The notes below the pieces were generated by a model. That model was not told the origin of the DNA. It saw only the letters and a list, made by a program, of their open reading frames with translations, and searched no databases. A program made the translations under genes and the position numbers. 64,000 bases of DNA from Candidatus Levyibacteriota bacterium (GTDB lineage: Bacteria; Patescibacteriota; Microgenomatia; Levybacterales; UBA12049): contig JAJDCH010000016.1 in the NCBI GenBank assembly GCA_029260905.1, positions 2,985 to 66,984 of the forward strand, in the 5' to 3' direction. Each line of letters opens with the position of its first letter. Position 1 is the first letter of the stretch. Shown one piece after another: positions 22,614-32,405 of this stretch.

Positions 22614-23096
22614 ATGGAAAGAAGAAAAGAAGCAAGTGGTTTTGAAATAGTTTTTGCAGGTCCTCTAACTGTAAATTTATTTGGGGGAATTGCTAGGCTT
22701 CGCGACAAAAAATGGGGGGGGGAAGAAGGGTTAGAATTCCTCGAAGTTACAGGCGTTCCTGGTGACTATAAGTTAAATCTTGTAACGATTGAGCAGTTAG
22801 AATCGTTTGAAGACAGAAAAAACTTATTTGAGCCTGCAATTCTTAGAAAGAATATTTTAAGAAAAGTAAGTGAGCCAACCGCTTCTGCTGCTTTAAAATC
22901 TGGATTGAGATATATTAATGGACAAAGCTGGAGTAAAAGAAGCAATATTTCAAGTGGCAGAATGTATGAGGACTCGTTTGTGCTGAAAGGGGAACAGGAC
23001 AAGATCATAATCTTTTCAGGCAAAAATAAGAAAATCGATATCTTCTCTATGCCAGCAAGTATTTCTCCAAGGCGTAGACAGTCATTTCCCAGATAA
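22614..23096 (+). CDS. Orphan hypothetical protein
   Basis: 160-aa ORF; TTGACA-18-TAGACT upstream. Confidence 0.6.
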   Translation: MERRKEASGFEIVFAGPLTVNLFGGIARLRDKKWGGEEGLEFLEVTGVPGDYKLNLVTIEQLESFEDRKNLFEPAILRKNILRKVSEPTASAALKSGLRYINGQSWSKRSNISSGRMYEDSFVLKGEQDKIIIFSGKNKKIDIFSMPASISPRRRQSFPR

Positions 23097-23241
23097 TTTT
23101 TTTAAAAAAGGACTGTTGACAAGGGATTATTTTGGATTTATAATCGCATTTATTGTTTTGGATTTTGTTTGTCTTGATAAGCCAACATAAACAAACGCAT
23201 AGGGCTTGACAAATAAAAAACAGAGTAGTAATTATAAAAAT

Positions 23242-23553
23242 ATGGCAGTAGTTGAAAGAAGAAAAGGTTTTGGTTTTCCATCCGTTGATTTAGGAATTAG
23301 AGATAGTGACAATGGCGGTGGTAGAAATAGGCAAAAATTTCGTGAACATCATAGAAGCGGAACAGTTACCAGTCTAGACTTATTTAGACCTGCAAGAGAG
23401 ACAAGTCAAGAACCTTCAACAGTTGAGGGTCCTGTGTTAGGGGATGCAGCTGCTCCATTAATATATAGCCCAGTAATCCCACTGTATCCCAAGAAGGGAT
23501 GGGATAGAAGAGGAAAAAAGACAATAAGAGAATGGAGAAAGTCTCGCCGCTAA
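23242..23553 (+). CDS. Orphan hypothetical protein (basic, likely disordered)
   Basis: ATG at 23242 (MAVVERRK); consensus TTGACA-17-TATAAT at about 23116-23144. Confidence 0.5.
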   Translation: MAVVERRKGFGFPSVDLGIRDSDNGGGRNRQKFREHHRSGTVTSLDLFRPARETSQEPSTVEGPVLGDAAAPLIYSPVIPLYPKKGWDRRGKKTIREWRKSRR

Positions 23554-23602
23554 AGCCTTACACCTTCTTGTAAACTTTTGAAACTCCATTTATAATAGAA
23601 CT

Positions 23603-24496
23603 ATGAATAAAAAAATCCGCAAGGCTGTTATTCCAGCAGCTGGGTTTGGGACACGTTTTCTTCCTCAGACCAAGGCCATGCCAAAGGAAATGCTCCCAAT
23701 TGTTGATAAGCCTGTTATTCAATACGTAGTTGAAGAGCTGGTTGATGCAGGAATCACAGATATCATAATTGTTACAGGTTATCACAAGAGAACGATTGAA
23801 GATCATTTTGATGCTGCCAACCTGGATTTGATTGAGAATCTTCGCATGGGAGGTCCCAAGAAACTTCCACTTCTTGAGCAGGTTGAAAAGATTTCCAATA
23901 TGGCAAATTTTATCTACATCCGTCAAAAAGGACCATATGGTAATGGTACACCGCTTCTTAATGCCAGACACATTATCGGCAATGAGCCTTTTATTTACAC
24001 CTTCTCAGATGATTTTATTGTTTCCAAACCATCCAGAATGAAACAAATGCTTGATGTTTATGATGAGTTTGGCTGTTCAGTGCTTGGAAGTGTTAAGGCA
24101 ACACATGATGATGACTATGACAGATATGGATTTGCGGGAGGAGAGGAGATAAGGCCAGGTCTTATTGATGTAAGTACTATTATAGAAAAACCAGGAAAAG
24201 ACAATGCGCCATCTGATCTTGCCAATGTTTCAGGATATGTATTTACACCTGACATTTTTGATTATCTTGACCATGTGCTTGAGAACTTGGGTGAGGGTGA
24301 AGAGTTTTATTACAATGACGCGCTGAAGCTGATGCTTAAAGATGGTAAAAAAGTTATGGCATCGGAGATAAAAGATGGTAAATATTATGACACAGGAAAT
24401 AAACTTGAGTATATGAAAACAGCAGTTGAATTTGCTCTCAAGCATCCAGATATAAATGGCAAATTCCGCCAATTCCTCAAAGAGCTGGAGATCTAG
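23603..24496 (+). CDS. galU: UTP-glucose-1-phosphate uridylyltransferase
   Basis: KAVIPAAGFGTRFLP.TK..PKEMLPIVDKP, IEKP, YDTG. Confidence 0.92.
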   Translation: MNKKIRKAVIPAAGFGTRFLPQTKAMPKEMLPIVDKPVIQYVVEELVDAGITDIIIVTGYHKRTIEDHFDAANLDLIENLRMGGPKKLPLLEQVEKISNMANFIYIRQKGPYGNGTPLLNARHIIGNEPFIYTFSDDFIVSKPSRMKQMLDVYDEFGCSVLGSVKATHDDDYDRYGFAGGEEIRPGLIDVSTIIEKPGKDNAPSDLANVSGYVFTPDIFDYLDHVLENLGEGEEFYYNDALKLMLKDGKKVMASEIKDGKYYDTGNKLEYMKTAVEFALKHPDINGKFRQFLKELEI

Positions 24497-24668
24497 AAAA
24501 ACGTAGCAAAATTACTCCTTTATACTACAAAATAAATAAATTTTAAAATTCAAACCTAAAACCATCGCAAATTTACGCTGGAGCGAAAAATGCGATATTA
24601 TTTTTGAATCTTTTAGTTAAGAAATACAAAATAGAGTGAGGCAGATTAATATATTGTATACTGGATTA

Positions 24669-25313
24669 ATGTCTGGAAGATTTAAGTTTTTAATATCTGG
24701 AGTGGTTTTGTTTTTATTCTTCGTTTTTTTCTCCTATCTCGTTCATGAGGATTTGTTGACAAGTCTTGATTTCAATACGACTGTTAGATTGCAGGATAAT
24801 ATCGGTAGGAATTGGGATAGGGAGCTTTCATGGTTTTCTGAGATTGGAAAATTTGAAGTGATGACGGTTGCGCTTTTCGTAATTTTATTATTTACAAAAA
24901 AAATATTTGCTGGACTTTTGACATTTGGAATGTATGCTTCGTTTCATTTGATTGAGATTTTTGGAAAAGTATTTGTATCTCATAATCCGCCACCTGAATT
25001 TATGCTTCGTACCAAACACCTTCTTGATTTTCCGCAGTTTCATGTGCGGCTTGAAAATAGCTACCCATCAGGTCATGCAGGACGCGCGGTTTTTATATCG
25101 GTTATTTTGTTTGTACTTGTACTCCGAAGTAAGATGAAGCCACTTTTTAAGTTTGCTTTTTGCTTTTTGCTTTTTGCTTATTGTTTGATTATGCTCGTAT
25201 CGCGTATTTATCTGGGTGAGCATTGGTTGTCTGATGTGGTAGGCGGAGTAATTCTGGGTGGTGCGCTTGGGATGGTAAGTGGATGGGTAATTGTGGGGAA
25301 TCGAAAAAATTGA
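24669..25313 (+). CDS. PAP2-family membrane phosphatase
   Basis: SYPSGH and SRIYLGEHW.SDV motifs; multiple TMs; start uncertain. Confidence 0.88.
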   Translation: MSGRFKFLISGVVLFLFFVFFSYLVHEDLLTSLDFNTTVRLQDNIGRNWDRELSWFSEIGKFEVMTVALFVILLFTKKIFAGLLTFGMYASFHLIEIFGKVFVSHNPPPEFMLRTKHLLDFPQFHVRLENSYPSGHAGRAVFISVILFVLVLRSKMKPLFKFAFCFLLFAYCLIMLVSRIYLGEHWLSDVVGGVILGGALGMVSGWVIVGNRKN

Positions 25314-25343
25314 CAAGAAAATAAAAAAAATTATAATCTACTT

Positions 25344-25739
25344 ATGGCTATTGCTTTAGAGACTGGTGAAAGAAACAGTCGTGCTTTTATGCAGGATGGA
25401 GATGTTGTAAGATTTAAGCCTGAGAGCTGCTCTGTTCAAGATACGAAGTTAAATGGAGGGTCGCAAAGAATATTGGAGTGGACAGATATTTGTGTATTGG
25501 ATGAGAAAACTGTAGTTCTTGAAAGTACTTGGATATCAGGTGGAAGAAGAGTTAGTGAGGTTTGCTTATACCAACGAAGATCGATAAACAGACTGAGAGG
25601 TATAACTGAAAAAGGTGAGCCGGTAGCGCTTCAATATAAAGGCAGGCTCTGGATGGCTGGTCATAAAGCTGCAAGAGCTTTCGTAGAGTCGCTTTCTTCT
25701 GCTACTAATCCATATTTTCCCATGTCTCCTCTGGGGTAA
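25344..25739 (+). CDS. Orphan hypothetical protein
   Basis: 131-aa ORF; TTGACA-16-TATAAT 6 nt before the ATG. Confidence 0.6.
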   Translation: MAIALETGERNSRAFMQDGDVVRFKPESCSVQDTKLNGGSQRILEWTDICVLDEKTVVLESTWISGGRRVSEVCLYQRRSINRLRGITEKGEPVALQYKGRLWMAGHKAARAFVESLSSATNPYFPMSPLG

Positions 25740-25791
25740 TGATTACCTTATTCTTACTTGTGGGTTTTTAAATTTCTGCTAAGATAAAAAT

Positions 25792-26022
25792 ATGGAGTTG
25801 CAAAACACTTTTTATCTACTGGGGATTATATTTATGACTTTGAATATTTTTATTCTAGTTGGAATAATTACAATTGTTTTTGTTCTCAAAAATAAAGTTG
25901 ATAAGATTCAAAAGCAGATCGAGGAGAGAGTGGAAGACTTCAACGCATTGGTTGCAGATCCTGTCAAAAGAGCAGCTCAGATAGCAGGAGCATTTATCAA
26001 TAAATCAAGAGATAAGAAATGA
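25792..26022 (+). CDS. Small single-TM hypothetical protein
   Basis: Hydrophobic N-terminal helix and coiled tail. Confidence 0.65.
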   Translation: MELQNTFYLLGIIFMTLNIFILVGIITIVFVLKNKVDKIQKQIEERVEDFNALVADPVKRAAQIAGAFINKSRDKK

Positions 26023-26024
26023 GA

Positions 26025-27338
26025 TTAAGCTGCAGCTTGTTGGACATTTCTTAGAACAGCTGCAAGATTTCTTAATTGAGGCAAAACTCCATTAACTATA
26101 ACTTCTTCTGTGAAATCTGGTTTTCCGGTTGTTCCAGTTTTGGTAGCTTCATTTACATGACGATGTCCGACAACGCTTTTTAAATCTTCAGGCGCATTGT
26201 CATATATTTCAGTATTTACATAATATGCCAAGTAAAGTGATGCTTGGAGTTGTTCAAAAGTCAAACTTCCTTGGGCACGAGTGGCATCGGTCATAATCTC
26301 TACTCCGGTACTGGTCGTATTACGAGGCGCAGCATGATTTGCTGCCTGTAAAGGGTTTCTCACAAGGAGATAGGCTATTCCCTCTCTGTCAATCAGCCAT
26401 TGCACAGAAAAACCATTAATTGCCATTCCATTTATAAATTGCTTGACACCCTCTTTTCCATCCTTGTAACCCATGCCAGTATGGTGAAGTATGAAATGCT
26501 CAGGATTTTTTATGATTCCAGAAGGATGTAACGAGCCTGCATTTTCAAATGCGCGTACAAATTCAGTGTTTATAGAATTTTTAAACTTTTCATAGCCTTC
26601 AGGGCTAAGCTTTATTTGGCTTAATTTTTCAAGAGTGATTTGATCTTCCAGCTTGTCAGCTTCACTCGACCTTAAGATTTCACCATCCCATCGTCTTTCA
26701 GCGGTGAGAGTATTGATTCTTTCAACATTTAACGATTCTTCCACCTGTTTTCTAATTTTATCTCCAAGCACTTTTGCATCTGGCATGCCAGATCTTATCT
26801 TATCAGCAAGAGCAGTTTCATTAATTTTTTGTTCTGGTTCTGCTTGGGGAGGGGTTTGCGCTGTTATGTCTGGAGCAGGAGTTCTGGCTGTGTCAGTCGT
26901 GAGTGGATGATTAGCTGTTTTTGTTCTTTGGAGTTTTTCTGGTACACTCGGTTTTGGCAATTCTGAGGAAGGAAAAGGTTCAGCGACAAGAGCAGGTGGA
27001 TTTATCTTAAAAGCATCTTGTACTCCTTCGTTTGTTTGGGCAACAGCTATGCCTGTAGGAAGCAAAACAGAGGAGAGTGCTGCAAGCGCTCTAAGTCTTC
27101 TTGGTTTTGTTGGTTTGATTTCTCGCTTTTGTCTGATTTCGTTTATTAGTCTTTTTGGTTCGTAATTTGTGAAAGAGTGTTTGGGAGTATAGCCTGTGCT
27201 TTCTGATTTTAACAAAGAAAAAGCGTTATACCCCAAGGAACGTTTTGGGACGTAGTCGGATGTATGCTTGCCGGGTTTGAACAGGGTAATTCCTCCTTCA
27301 CCTTTTCTTGTAAACAAATGTTTTGTGTGTCTTTCCAT
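26025..27338 (-). CDS. N-acetylmuramoyl-L-alanine amidase (Amidase_2 type) with long N-terminal region
   Basis: ILHHTG, SVQWLIDREG, HA...N..STGVEI, VVGH...KPD; hydrophobic segment 'ALAALSSVLLPTGIAVA'. Confidence 0.8.
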   Translation of the reverse strand: MERHTKHLFTRKGEGGITLFKPGKHTSDYVPKRSLGYNAFSLLKSESTGYTPKHSFTNYEPKRLINEIRQKREIKPTKPRRLRALAALSSVLLPTGIAVAQTNEGVQDAFKINPPALVAEPFPSSELPKPSVPEKLQRTKTANHPLTTDTARTPAPDITAQTPPQAEPEQKINETALADKIRSGMPDAKVLGDKIRKQVEESLNVERINTLTAERRWDGEILRSSEADKLEDQITLEKLSQIKLSPEGYEKFKNSINTEFVRAFENAGSLHPSGIIKNPEHFILHHTGMGYKDGKEGVKQFINGMAINGFSVQWLIDREGIAYLLVRNPLQAANHAAPRNTTSTGVEIMTDATRAQGSLTFEQLQASLYLAYYVNTEIYDNAPEDLKSVVGHRHVNEATKTGTTGKPDFTEEVIVNGVLPQLRNLAAVLRNVQQAAA

Positions 27339-27426
27339 AAATAAATTTATCTAGGTTGAAATGTATCTAGATAAATGAGGCTGATTATATCAGACTATAA
27401 GATAAATGTCAAATAACTAGAAGTCT

Positions 27427-28134
27427 TTAGCGGATGTCTGAGAGGAAAGGATCTTTTTTGGCAACATAGTATTTTATGTAGCTTGTTGCATAAGGAGTTA
27501 AGCCACGAATTAAGCCCTTTTTAAATCTTCTGCCTGAAAATATGACAGGTAGATCGCTCATGAATTTTATTTTTCCAATTTCTCTCACCCTAAAGCTAAG
27601 TTCAGTATCTTCTTGCATATTGAGAAATTTATCAAAACCTCCTGCTTTTTCATATACATTTTTTCTGATCGCAAAACTAAATCCTGAGAGCCAATAATGT
27701 CTTAAAAAAATATTGTATAAGATCATAGAAGCAGGTTGGATAATGTTAAACAGTGTATTTCTGAACCAGCCACAATCATCAATCTTGCAAGTCCCAGTAA
27801 CTGCTGCGATTTTTTCATCTTTGAAATAACTGGTTATTTTCTCAATCCAATTCTCAGGCAGGGTTGTGTCTGCATCTGTTGAGAGGATGATATCTCCTTT
27901 TGCAGCTTCAAATCCTGTTGCTCTAGCAGGAGAGCGGCCTTTTTTGGTTTCCTTGACTACATTGATGTTTAGTTTGTCTTTGAATGAATTTGCGACACTC
28001 GATGTATTATCAGTCGAATTATTATCAATAACTATTATTTCATATTCTTTATCTGTTTTCTGAGCAGCAAGCGACTCAAGTGTTTTGACGATATTTTTTT
28101 CTTCGTTGTAGGCTGGGATAACGACTGAAATCAT
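27427..28134 (-). CDS. GT2 family glycosyltransferase
   Basis: ISVVIPAYNEE, DNNSTD, DAD, ED, S.RR. Confidence 0.92.
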   Translation of the reverse strand: MISVVIPAYNEEKNIVKTLESLAAQKTDKEYEIIVIDNNSTDNTSSVANSFKDKLNINVVKETKKGRSPARATGFEAAKGDIILSTDADTTLPENWIEKITSYFKDEKIAAVTGTCKIDDCGWFRNTLFNIIQPASMILYNIFLRHYWLSGFSFAIRKNVYEKAGGFDKFLNMQEDTELSFRVREIGKIKFMSDLPVIFSGRRFKKGLIRGLTPYATSYIKYYVAKKDPFLSDIR

Positions 28135-28146
28135 GATTGATAATTT

Positions 28147-29679
28147 TTACTCCCACTCCATTGTAGCGGGTGGTTTGGTAGTGATATCATAGACAACTCG
28201 TGAGACATCTGGTACTTCATTGACAATTCTGGATGAGATTTTTTGTAAAACAGAGTAGGGTATTTCGGCAATTTGTGAAGTCATCACATCAACAGATTCA
28301 TAGGCGCGGATCGCCACAACTTCTGCAAAAACCCGCGCATCACCCTTGACTGCAGTGCTATATGCACCAGTCATTACTGCAAAACACTGAAAGAGCCTGT
28401 CATAAAGCCTAGCTGATTTTAATTCTTCAACTATTATCGTATCTGCGATTTTGATTTGCTCAAGTCTTTTTTCTGTTACCTCCCCACGGATCTTTACAGC
28501 GTAACCTGGTCCTGGGAAGGGATGTTGCATGATGATATCTTCTGGAAGGTGAGAAAGTCTTCCAATTTCGCGTACTTCATCTTTGTAAAAATTCCGAACA
28601 GGTTCAAGTAGTTTTAGCTTCATATCTTTAGGAAGACCCCCTACATTGTGATGGGACTTGATGTGGCTGGCGTGCTTACTTCCCTTGGATTCAATCACAT
28701 CAGAATAGATTGTTCCTTGACCCAGAAAGGTTGCATCAGTATGTTTTGCTGCCTCTTCATTGAAAATATCGACATAAAGGCTGCCTATTTTTTTGCGTTT
28801 TTCTTCAGGATCTGTGACGGCCTTTAGGGCTTTAAGAAATCGTTCTCGCGCGTCAATAATGACCAGATCTGAGTTTATCAGCTTGGTAAAAATATATTTT
28901 ACCCTTTCAGCTGTTCCTTCACGCATCAGTCCTGATTCAACATAAACAGGAATTAGGTTTTTTCTGATTGCTTTGCCGACCAAAAAAGCAGCAACTGATG
29001 AATCAACACCACCTGATACTGCAAAAATAACCTTACTTTTTCCAACTATCTTATTCAAATCTTTAATTAGTTTTTCTGGGTCAAGTATTATTGGTTTAGT
29101 TTTTTCCCCGCAAATTTCAGCAAAGTTTTGGAGGATCATGTGTCCGTTTTCAGTGTGATGCGCTTCAGGATGGAATTGAAGGCCAAATAATTGTTTATCA
29201 AGATTTTGTACAGCCGAATATTCTACGCTTTTTGTGGAAGCCAAATTTTCAAATCCAGCAGGAAGTTTCATAACTGAATCACCATGGGACACATATACTT
29301 GGAACTTTTTCTCAGTAAGATTTTTCAAAATTCCTAATTCATGATTCTTAATTCCTAATTCGAGTTCCTCTGGTCCGTATTCTTTGGTTCCTGATCGGAC
29401 ATCTCCTCCCAAAAGATGCGCCATGATCTGCCAGCCGTAGCAAATACCAAGAATGGGAACTTTCAGATTAAAGAGGTCTTTTGATATATTAGGAGATGTT
29501 TTGTCATAGACTGATGCAGGACCACCTGAGAGAATTATGCCTCTGATTTCTGATTTCTGATTTCTGATCTTTGAGATGGCTTCTTCAGGATCTGTATATT
29601 CTGTTTGAATTCCGAGCTGTCTAAGTCTTCTTCCGATGAGGTGTGCAGTCTGTGAGCCAAAATCAACAATTAGGATCAT
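28147..29679 (-). CDS. guaA: GMP synthase (glutamine-hydrolysing)
   Basis: DFGSQ, GICYG, QFHPE, SGGVDS, IKSHHNVGG, KPPATMEWE. Confidence 0.97.
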   Translation of the reverse strand: MILIVDFGSQTAHLIGRRLRQLGIQTEYTDPEEAISKIRNQKSEIRGIILSGGPASVYDKTSPNISKDLFNLKVPILGICYGWQIMAHLLGGDVRSGTKEYGPEELELGIKNHELGILKNLTEKKFQVYVSHGDSVMKLPAGFENLASTKSVEYSAVQNLDKQLFGLQFHPEAHHTENGHMILQNFAEICGEKTKPIILDPEKLIKDLNKIVGKSKVIFAVSGGVDSSVAAFLVGKAIRKNLIPVYVESGLMREGTAERVKYIFTKLINSDLVIIDARERFLKALKAVTDPEEKRKKIGSLYVDIFNEEAAKHTDATFLGQGTIYSDVIESKGSKHASHIKSHHNVGGLPKDMKLKLLEPVRNFYKDEVREIGRLSHLPEDIIMQHPFPGPGYAVKIRGEVTEKRLEQIKIADTIIVEELKSARLYDRLFQCFAVMTGAYSTAVKGDARVFAEVVAIRAYESVDVMTSQIAEIPYSVLQKISSRIVNEVPDVSRVVYDITTKPPATMEWE

Positions 29680-29802
29680 GAGGATATTATACCAGCTGTT
29701 GCTTTTTGGTAAAAGAGGAACAACTGTATTGACATTGATTTTGTTTGAATCTAATATGGTTTAATCATAAATAAAATAAACAAACAATGGATACTGAACG
29801 GA

Positions 29803-30162
29803 TTGACAGTTCCCTTTATCTATTTAGCTATTTTTCCCGTTTTCTTTCTGGATATAATTTTTGAAACTTATCATCGCATTTGTTTTCCTGTTTACAAATT
29901 GTCTTATATCAAAAGATCTCAGTTTATAAAAATTGACAGGCACAAATTAAGCTATCTTAGTTTTCGAGATAAGCTTCAGTGTGTTTATTGTGGCTACATA
30001 AATGGAGTCCTAGCATATGCAGTGAAAATCGCAGCTGAAACAGAAAAATATTGGTGTGCTATAAAGCATGCAAAATATAAAGATTTTGTAGAGCCTGTTC
30101 ACCACAAGGATTTTCTTGAATATGGTGATGAAGAAGCATTTAGAAAATTAAAAAAAGATTAG
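29803..30162 (+). CDS. Hypothetical membrane protein with Cys motifs
   Basis: TM followed by 'C.YCGY.NG' and 'YWC.IKH'; true start uncertain (frame is open further upstream with ATA only). Confidence 0.6.
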   Translation: MTVPFIYLAIFPVFFLDIIFETYHRICFPVYKLSYIKRSQFIKIDRHKLSYLSFRDKLQCVYCGYINGVLAYAVKIAAETEKYWCAIKHAKYKDFVEPVHHKDFLEYGDEEAFRKLKKD

Positions 30163-30170
30163 ACAATTAT

Positions 30171-30596
30171 TTATTGTATGTAAATTGTTTTTGAGGTAAC
30201 TGTTGGATTATATGTGTATCCTGTTTTGCGAATTGAAATGATTGTTGTTGTAAGACTGCCTGTTTGTTTTGTCCAGAAGCCATATTTGAATTCTCCCTGT
30301 TGATTTCCATTTTTTCCAATCGCTACTCCGTTATAGTTGTTTTCGGGGCTTTGTTGAGCTAGATCAAAAGTAGGAAATGAAACAGGTTGTTCTGTGGTTT
30401 CATCATATGCTTTTACTATCGTATTTATGTGTCTCCAGCCAAAATATGGTCCTTCAACAGTCATAATTATGTCTCCAGTCATTGTTGGTAAAGCTGCGTG
30501 CGTTTTGGGAGCAAGGACAAAAGAAAGGCTCAGAATACAAGCAAAGGCTAGAGAAAGTGAAAGACTAGATGAAAGTTTTTTTAAAAATTTATGTTC
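30171..30596 (-). CDS. Stand-alone beta-rich domain protein, paralogous to the protease C-terminal domain; start codon missing before its signal peptide
   Basis: GPYFGWRH...GFWT..TG...GY.Y.PT.T.KTI; frame open to 30596 encodes KFLKKL...LAPKTHA. Confidence 0.55.
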   Translation of the reverse strand, partial: EHKFLKKLSSSLSLSLAFACILSLSFVLAPKTHAALPTMTGDIIMTVEGPYFGWRHINTIVKAYDETTEQPVSFPTFDLAQQSPENNYNGVAIGKNGNQQGEFKYGFWTKQTGSLTTTIISIRKTGYTYNPTVTSKTIYIQ

Positions 30597-30644
30597 TTAT
30601 TTATAGTTTAGTTAAAAAATAATTTGTTTGTCAATAAATAATAA

Positions 30645-32405
30645 TTATTTTACTACAATTGTTTTAGTTGTAAGGGTTGGTTCGTAGACATATCCTGTTT
30701 TTTCAACATTGTTAACTGTCAAGATAACAGAGCCTGTTTGATTTGCCCAGAAACTATATGAATATTTACCTTGTGAGTCAGTTGTTCCATTGAGATTTGC
30801 AACAGTTCCGCTTTTTGGATGCTCAATCCGTAAGCTGACATTTGCAGAGCTGACAGGTGAATTTGTTTTTCTGTCAATTATAGTAACTGAAGCAGTAAAA
30901 TTTCTCCATCTAAAGTATGGCTTGCTAAAGCTAAGGTCAATGTCAGAAACGGTCATCTTTTGTGTTTGTGCAGGGGTGGGTGTTGGTAAGGCAGTTGGAA
31001 TTGGGCTTGGAACAGCTGTAGGCGTTGGAGTTGGAGAAGGAATTGTTGTGGGTGTTGGTGTTGGTGATGGAATTGGAGTTGCTGTTGGAATAATTGTTGG
31101 AGCAGTTGTTGGTGATGGAATTGGAGATGGAGTAGGAGATGCAACAAGCTGAACTGCTTCGTAAGCATTTATTCTACCATACGTCCAATAAGTTCCTGAG
31201 CCACTTGTATTATCTGTTGTTTTTTCTACTTGATTACGGACACAATCATTGGTTGAGCAGATTCCTGATGCCCATATGAGTGCAGCTTCTCCTGCAACAT
31301 GAGGAGATGACATAGATGTTCCAGACAGATTAGCATAGCTATTTCCTTTTTGTGTTGACCAGATTGATGCGCCTGGCGCAGCCACGTCTACCCAATTGCC
31401 ATAGGTTGAAAAATCAGCTCTGTTGTCATTGTTATCAGTTGCGCCAACTGCGATTGTATTTGAATAATATGCGGGATAGCTTGGTTCATTTTGCGTAGTA
31501 CATCCATTTTGTGCGTAATTTGTCCCACCGCAATTGCCTGCGCCAGCAACGACAACAGCGCCCTTGCTCCATGCATAATTTATAGCTTCTTCTAGAGCCT
31601 GAGAATGGACTGAACCTCTGATGCTGATATTTATTACATTTGCTCCATTATCAGCTGCCCAGGTTATGCCATTTATCATCCATGAATAACTCCCAACCCC
31701 ATTATCAGCTACAATTTTGCCATTCATCAGTGTTGAGTTGTATCCGACTCCTGCAAATTGGAAATTATTATTTGTGTTTGCTGCGATTATTCCAGCAACA
31801 TGCGTTCCATGACCATAATTATCAGTAGTTGATGGGCTAGTTGTGAAATTGTTGCTTGCTACAACTTTACTGATTAGATCTTGATGTGTTTCTTCAATTC
31901 CAGTATCAAGAACTGCTGTCTTTACATCTGGGTTTCCTTGAGTTATGTCCCAAGCGCTTTCTCCGAAGTAATTTGCTGCTTTTATCTTAAACATTCCCCA
32001 TTGGTAGGCAAGGAAAGAGTCGTTTGTTGTCAGAGTTGTGCTTGTTAAATAGTCTGGTTCTGCATATTCAACTTCTGGATCTTTTTCATAGTCATCGATT
32101 GCATCCTCAATTGTCCCTTTTTGGATTCTAACAACATCAAGGTTTAGCTTATCAATCCTGTTTCTGATAATTGCTTTTCTAATTTTTCTGATTTTATTTT
32201 TGCTGTTTTCGGAGGCATCTTTTTTGTATTTGACTATTATATCTCCTGATGTTGGAGCTGTAATTTTTTCAGCACGGGATTTTAAAATAATAGGTTGCTG
32301 AGAAATAAAGTTAATTGAGAAAAGCGCTGCTATTAGAAGAGTTGAAGATATTGTGAAAAAGAGTCTTTTTTTGCCGATTTTATTTAGAGAATTTTTCATC
32401 GTCAA
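30645..32405 (-). CDS. S8 subtilisin/thermitase-like protease with PT linker and C-terminal beta-rich (Ig-like) domain
   Basis: AVLDTG, HGTHVAG, GTSMSSPHVAG; N-terminal TM and propeptide. Confidence 0.92.
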   Translation of the reverse strand: MTMKNSLNKIGKKRLFFTISSTLLIAALFSINFISQQPIILKSRAEKITAPTSGDIIVKYKKDASENSKNKIRKIRKAIIRNRIDKLNLDVVRIQKGTIEDAIDDYEKDPEVEYAEPDYLTSTTLTTNDSFLAYQWGMFKIKAANYFGESAWDITQGNPDVKTAVLDTGIEETHQDLISKVVASNNFTTSPSTTDNYGHGTHVAGIIAANTNNNFQFAGVGYNSTLMNGKIVADNGVGSYSWMINGITWAADNGANVINISIRGSVHSQALEEAINYAWSKGAVVVAGAGNCGGTNYAQNGCTTQNEPSYPAYYSNTIAVGATDNNDNRADFSTYGNWVDVAAPGASIWSTQKGNSYANLSGTSMSSPHVAGEAALIWASGICSTNDCVRNQVEKTTDNTSGSGTYWTYGRINAYEAVQLVASPTPSPIPSPTTAPTIIPTATPIPSPTPTPTTIPSPTPTPTAVPSPIPTALPTPTPAQTQKMTVSDIDLSFSKPYFRWRNFTASVTIIDRKTNSPVSSANVSLRIEHPKSGTVANLNGTTDSQGKYSYSFWANQTGSVILTVNNVEKTGYVYEPTLTTKTIVVK

